Source: Callorhinchus milii (taxonomy: Eukaryota). From it: 64,000 nucleotides of DNA. The notes beneath the pieces were generated by a model. It had not been told where the DNA came from. It worked only from the letters and a program-made list of their open reading frames with translations, and did not search any database. The stretch's first letter is position 1. The number at the start of each line of letters is the position of its first letter. The DNA lies in the NCBI RefSeq assembly GCF_018977255.1, contig NW_024704812.1:62001-126000 (forward strand), written 5' to 3'. This document shows, one piece after another, positions 60,501-64,000 of the stretch. The translations under genes were made by a program, and so were the position numbers.

Positions 60501-63431
60501 TGTAAGATAACGCGTTTCATTTCATTCAGAAACTTGTTCAGATTCACTTCACTGACACAGACCTGTTCAGAGTCACTTTGCTGAACCCTACACTTTATTT
60601 CTGACGCTGTTTGTTATGATTCACTGTTTATTCAGGTCTCAGTCTGGCTCATTTGGAAGCACAATGTTATGGTTTAAAGCCCCACTCTTGGAGCTCACAG
60701 TCCAGGTTTATTGGCTTAATGAATGAAATGAAATGGGCCCGGGGGCCGGATGCGGCCCGTGGGCCACCAGTTGGCCCACCCTGCTCTCACCGATGCTCTG
60801 AAGCAGGGTGGCTGCCGTGGGCCGGATTCCCCTATTTGTCAAAGATCCACGAGCCACATCCAACCTGAGGCCATTTCCACTCCCTCCCTCCCTCCCTCCC
60901 TCCCTGGTCAGCGGCAGGAGCTGATGGTTGGGAAGACCCAGCGACCAGAGCCTTTACTGCAGTCTGTCAGGAGAGCAGAGCAAATACGTCGCTGTTCCTC
61001 ACACTCCCCCTCCCTCTCCCCCCCTCCCTCTCTCTGCCCCCACTCTTTTTCACTCCCCTCTCTCCCCCCTCTCTTTCTCCCCCCCCCTCCCTTGCTCCCA
61101 AGATCCACTGGCACTTGCCTGGCTTTCCTATCACACACTAAACTCTGTAACCCATCACCCCCGCCCTCACCAGACCCCACTGGCTCCCTATCACACACTA
61201 AACTCTGTACCCCATCACCTGAGCCCTCGCCAGGCCCCACTGGCTCCCTATCACACACTAAACTCTGTACCCCATCACCCCCGCCCTCACCAGACCCCAC
61301 TGGCTCCTTAATCACACACTAAACTCTGTACCCCATCACCCCCGCCCTCGCCAGGCCCCACTGGCTCCCTATCACACACTAAACTCTGTACCCCATCACC
61401 CCCGCCCTCGCCAGGCTCCACTGTTTCCGTATCACCAAACAGATCGATTTTGAGATCATCTCACTCGTTTTCAAATCCCTTCATGCCATGGTACTGCCCT
61501 AACTCTCCGACCTGCTCACCCACCCACTGCACCTCTCGGTGCCTCCTCTTGGCTGGTTCCATCCTTGTCTTGTTTGTCCCTCGTCCCCTCCACTCCACCA
61601 TCAATGGCTGTGTCTTCAGCCACTGCGTCACTTTCTCCCTCAATCCCAACGCCTCGCCCCTCCCTCCCCACCTTCAAATCGCACCTAAAGACCTTCCATT
61701 TTGATCGTGTTTACAGTCACCGCCTTCCTCTCCCTCTCCCCCCCCGGGTCGGGGTCAGACTCGGCCCCTGCAAAGTGCTCCGGGACACTCCGCGTGAAGG
61801 GCGCTGTTGTTGTTTACTCACTGTGAACACGCAGTTGTAAATCTGCTGAGGCTGCTCCGAGGATTAAGTCAAACACAGACACTGAGTACGAACCGGAATC
61901 AGCCGGAGTCACTGTGTCCAGACGTAGAGTGGCATTGTTGGGGTAAAGCTCAGCCCGACCCTGGTAGTCTCCAAAGTACTTCACTGCTGTTCCCTTTGCT
62001 GATGCGATTGTGGAGCTGGTGTTGACTTTCCATATTATACTAAAATTTCCCAGTTCACTGGGCATTACCAGGAAGTACACAGATTGTCCGGCTGTGGCTT
62101 CTATCTGACTCTCAGTGACGGTCAGACTGAAAGCTCCCACCTGCTCTGTAATACAAAACACACACAACAGTCAATCACCAAATATCACAATGTAATAATA
62201 ATATTCATCCTTGCATTTGATCTAACGTCTTATCACGTCTTTGAGATGTCTCAAAGCGCTTCACAGAATTACTGTCAGGTGAATTGACTATATTTGTGGA
62301 CAAAAGTTTTGAAGGAATTATTACCCCCAGAAAAGCAATCCGCCAATCGACTAACAACCAGGTTTCTACTTACTTCTGATAAACAGAGGCGTGTGGGTAC
62401 GTGTGAAGTAAGGAAACTTGCCCAACGTTTCCCCCAGAGGGGAAGCGAACCCAGATCTCTCACTTACAAGGTGAGCGCTCTTACCACTGAACTACAGAAC
62501 TGCACAATTCAGAAAATGTCATTTGTTTAAGATGAAAGATAGATTTAGATAGATTTCTGCTAGAAAATAATAGCTTGGGATACAGTAGATAGACCCACAG
62601 ATACACACAGAAAGACATAGAGAGAGAGGAGACAGACACATACACACACACCGAGACAGAGACACACACACAGAGGCAGAGAGAGGTACCATTTGTGTAG
62701 CGACTTTCACGTCGGGAGGATATCTCATAGATAGACACACTCACAGACACAGAGAGTCACTCACACACATAGAGAGACACACACAGGCACATCCACAAAC
62801 ACACAGAGAAGGAGACACAGACACACAACGACACACAGACACTCACAAACAGAGAGATACACAGACAAACAGACACTCACAAACAGAGAGATACACAGAC
62901 AAACAGAGACACACATAGACACTCACAAATGCATATAGAGAGACACACACACACACTCATACACACGCGGACACAGAGACACACACACACTCACAAACTG
63001 AGAGAAACACACACACTCACAAACAGAGACACAGACACACACACTGAGAGACAGAAACACAGACACACACAGAGAGCGACACATACACAGAGACACACAG
63101 AGAGACACATACAGAAAGACATAGATACACGCGGATAGATAGAGAAACATACCGAGAGACAGACACCCCCCAGATAATCACACACACACACACACAGACA
63201 GAGACATACACTGTGAGACAGACACACACATCCAGACAGAGATATATATACACACACACACAGTGGGAGACACACACAGTATATAGTTTGGGACATGTCG
63301 AACGACTGCCAGGACGGTGGGAGATGAACGAGATGGACCTTTGCTTATGTTGTTACCAGTAACTCACCCAAATTAGTGACCAGAATGAGCAGAGCAGCCA
63401 CCAACATCCTCGCGGCTGGAAACCACCACAT
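51436..63431 (-). CDS. g5: 7-Ig ITAM-bearing CEACAM/VSIG10L-like receptor (V-C1-C2-C1'-C2'-C3-C4-TM-tail)
   Basis: Exons: leader 63431-63368; V 62145-61822; C1 60499-60215; C2 59586-59296; C1' 58534-58251 (-1); C2' 56343-56053; C3 55517-55278; C4 54939-54625; TM 54202-54104; Cyt1 53049-52994; Cyt2 52217-52174 (-1); Cyt3 51498-51436. C1 resembles CEACAM A domains ([24 protein letters not shown], |YGPD junction into C2). Confidence 0.82.
52348..52788 (-). mobile_element. Young 5'-truncated L2 insertion with 6-bp target-site duplication (GATACA)
   Basis: gataca at 52342-52347 and 52789-52794; empty site caggatacacggtaaag in g3 and g4; (TTG)n tail. Confidence 0.88.
54104..54202 (-). CDS. g5 TM exon
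   Basis: 99 nt; hydrophobic span with GxxxG (GTIVG) and no charged residue. Confidence 0.9.
61822..62145 (-). CDS. g5 IgV exon
   Basis: ORF 61814..62167. 324 nt, open. Confidence 0.9.
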
Positions 63432-63561
63432 ATACACGTTAGGGAGAGAGACAGAGACAAACTGAATATGGGCTGTCACCTGAACGCAGGGCAGAGTCTG
63501 CTGTTAATCATTACTGTTACTGTAGAGAGACCCTGACACTGGCTCTAATGGCACCCGGTGC

Positions 63562-63621
63562 ACTTTCACTTTGTCAGGAATTAATATGTTAATTTATGAG
63601 ATAAATAGATTTACTTCCTGT
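63562..63621 (-). promoter_or_regulatory. g5 proximal promoter IRF/GATA/ETS motifs
   Basis: actttcacttt at 63562-63572; acttcctgt at 63613-63621. Confidence 0.5.
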
Positions 63622-64000
63622 AAGACACATTTTACGCCCTCACTATTTTTAATATTATTATAATAATAGTCCTTGCGTTTGACACAGCGCCTTATCACGT
63701 TTTTGAGACTTCTCAAAGTGCTTCACAGGATACACTGAGAAATGTAGTGACTGTGTTTTGTGGGAGAAACGCAGCAGCCAATTCCATACAGCAATGTTCC
63801 ACAAACAGTAGAGGATTGAGTGCCGTATTAGTTACAAAAAATTTTGAATAATCCTTCCATCTGATACAGCACCTTATCACATCTTCGAAACGTCTCAAAG
63901 CGCTTCACAGGATACGCTGTAAAGTGGAGTGACTGTGTGTTTTGGGGGCTGAAACATGGCAGCCAATTGCACACAGCGACGTCCCCACAAACAGTTGTGG

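Overview
Vertebrate genomic DNA, most likely from a cartilaginous fish (inferred from the L2/CR1 LINE, tRNA-SINE and foldback repeat landscape), with three N gaps (4812-4955, 17648-17777, 50820-50949). The window is a head-to-tail tandem array, about 13-18 kb period and all on the minus strand, of five paralogous spliced immunoglobulin-superfamily receptor genes, called g1-g5 here from left to right. g1 runs off the left edge. Exon plan: leader ([21 protein letters not shown]), cysteine-less IgV (CEACAM/CD2 N-type), one or two CEACAM A/B-like IgC pairs, a VSIG10-like 4-Cys IgC, a membrane-proximal Ig, an uncharged TM, then three small cytoplasmic exons. Splicing those three exons by hand gives [39 protein letters not shown]|[20 protein letters not shown]. 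This contains an ITAM (YMDL-x7-YHNL) split over an exon junction, so it is invisible in the ORF track. V domains differ in the predicted ligand-binding face while the C3, C4, TM and tail exons are nearly identical. One paralog (g2) has lost its TM exon by deletion. The number of C1-C2 modules varies between paralogs, and promoters carry IRF and ETS motifs. Many 1-bp indels, mostly in homopolymers, interrupt g2-g5 as assembled; they may be sequencing errors. Most ORF-track entries are microsatellite or retroelement artefacts.
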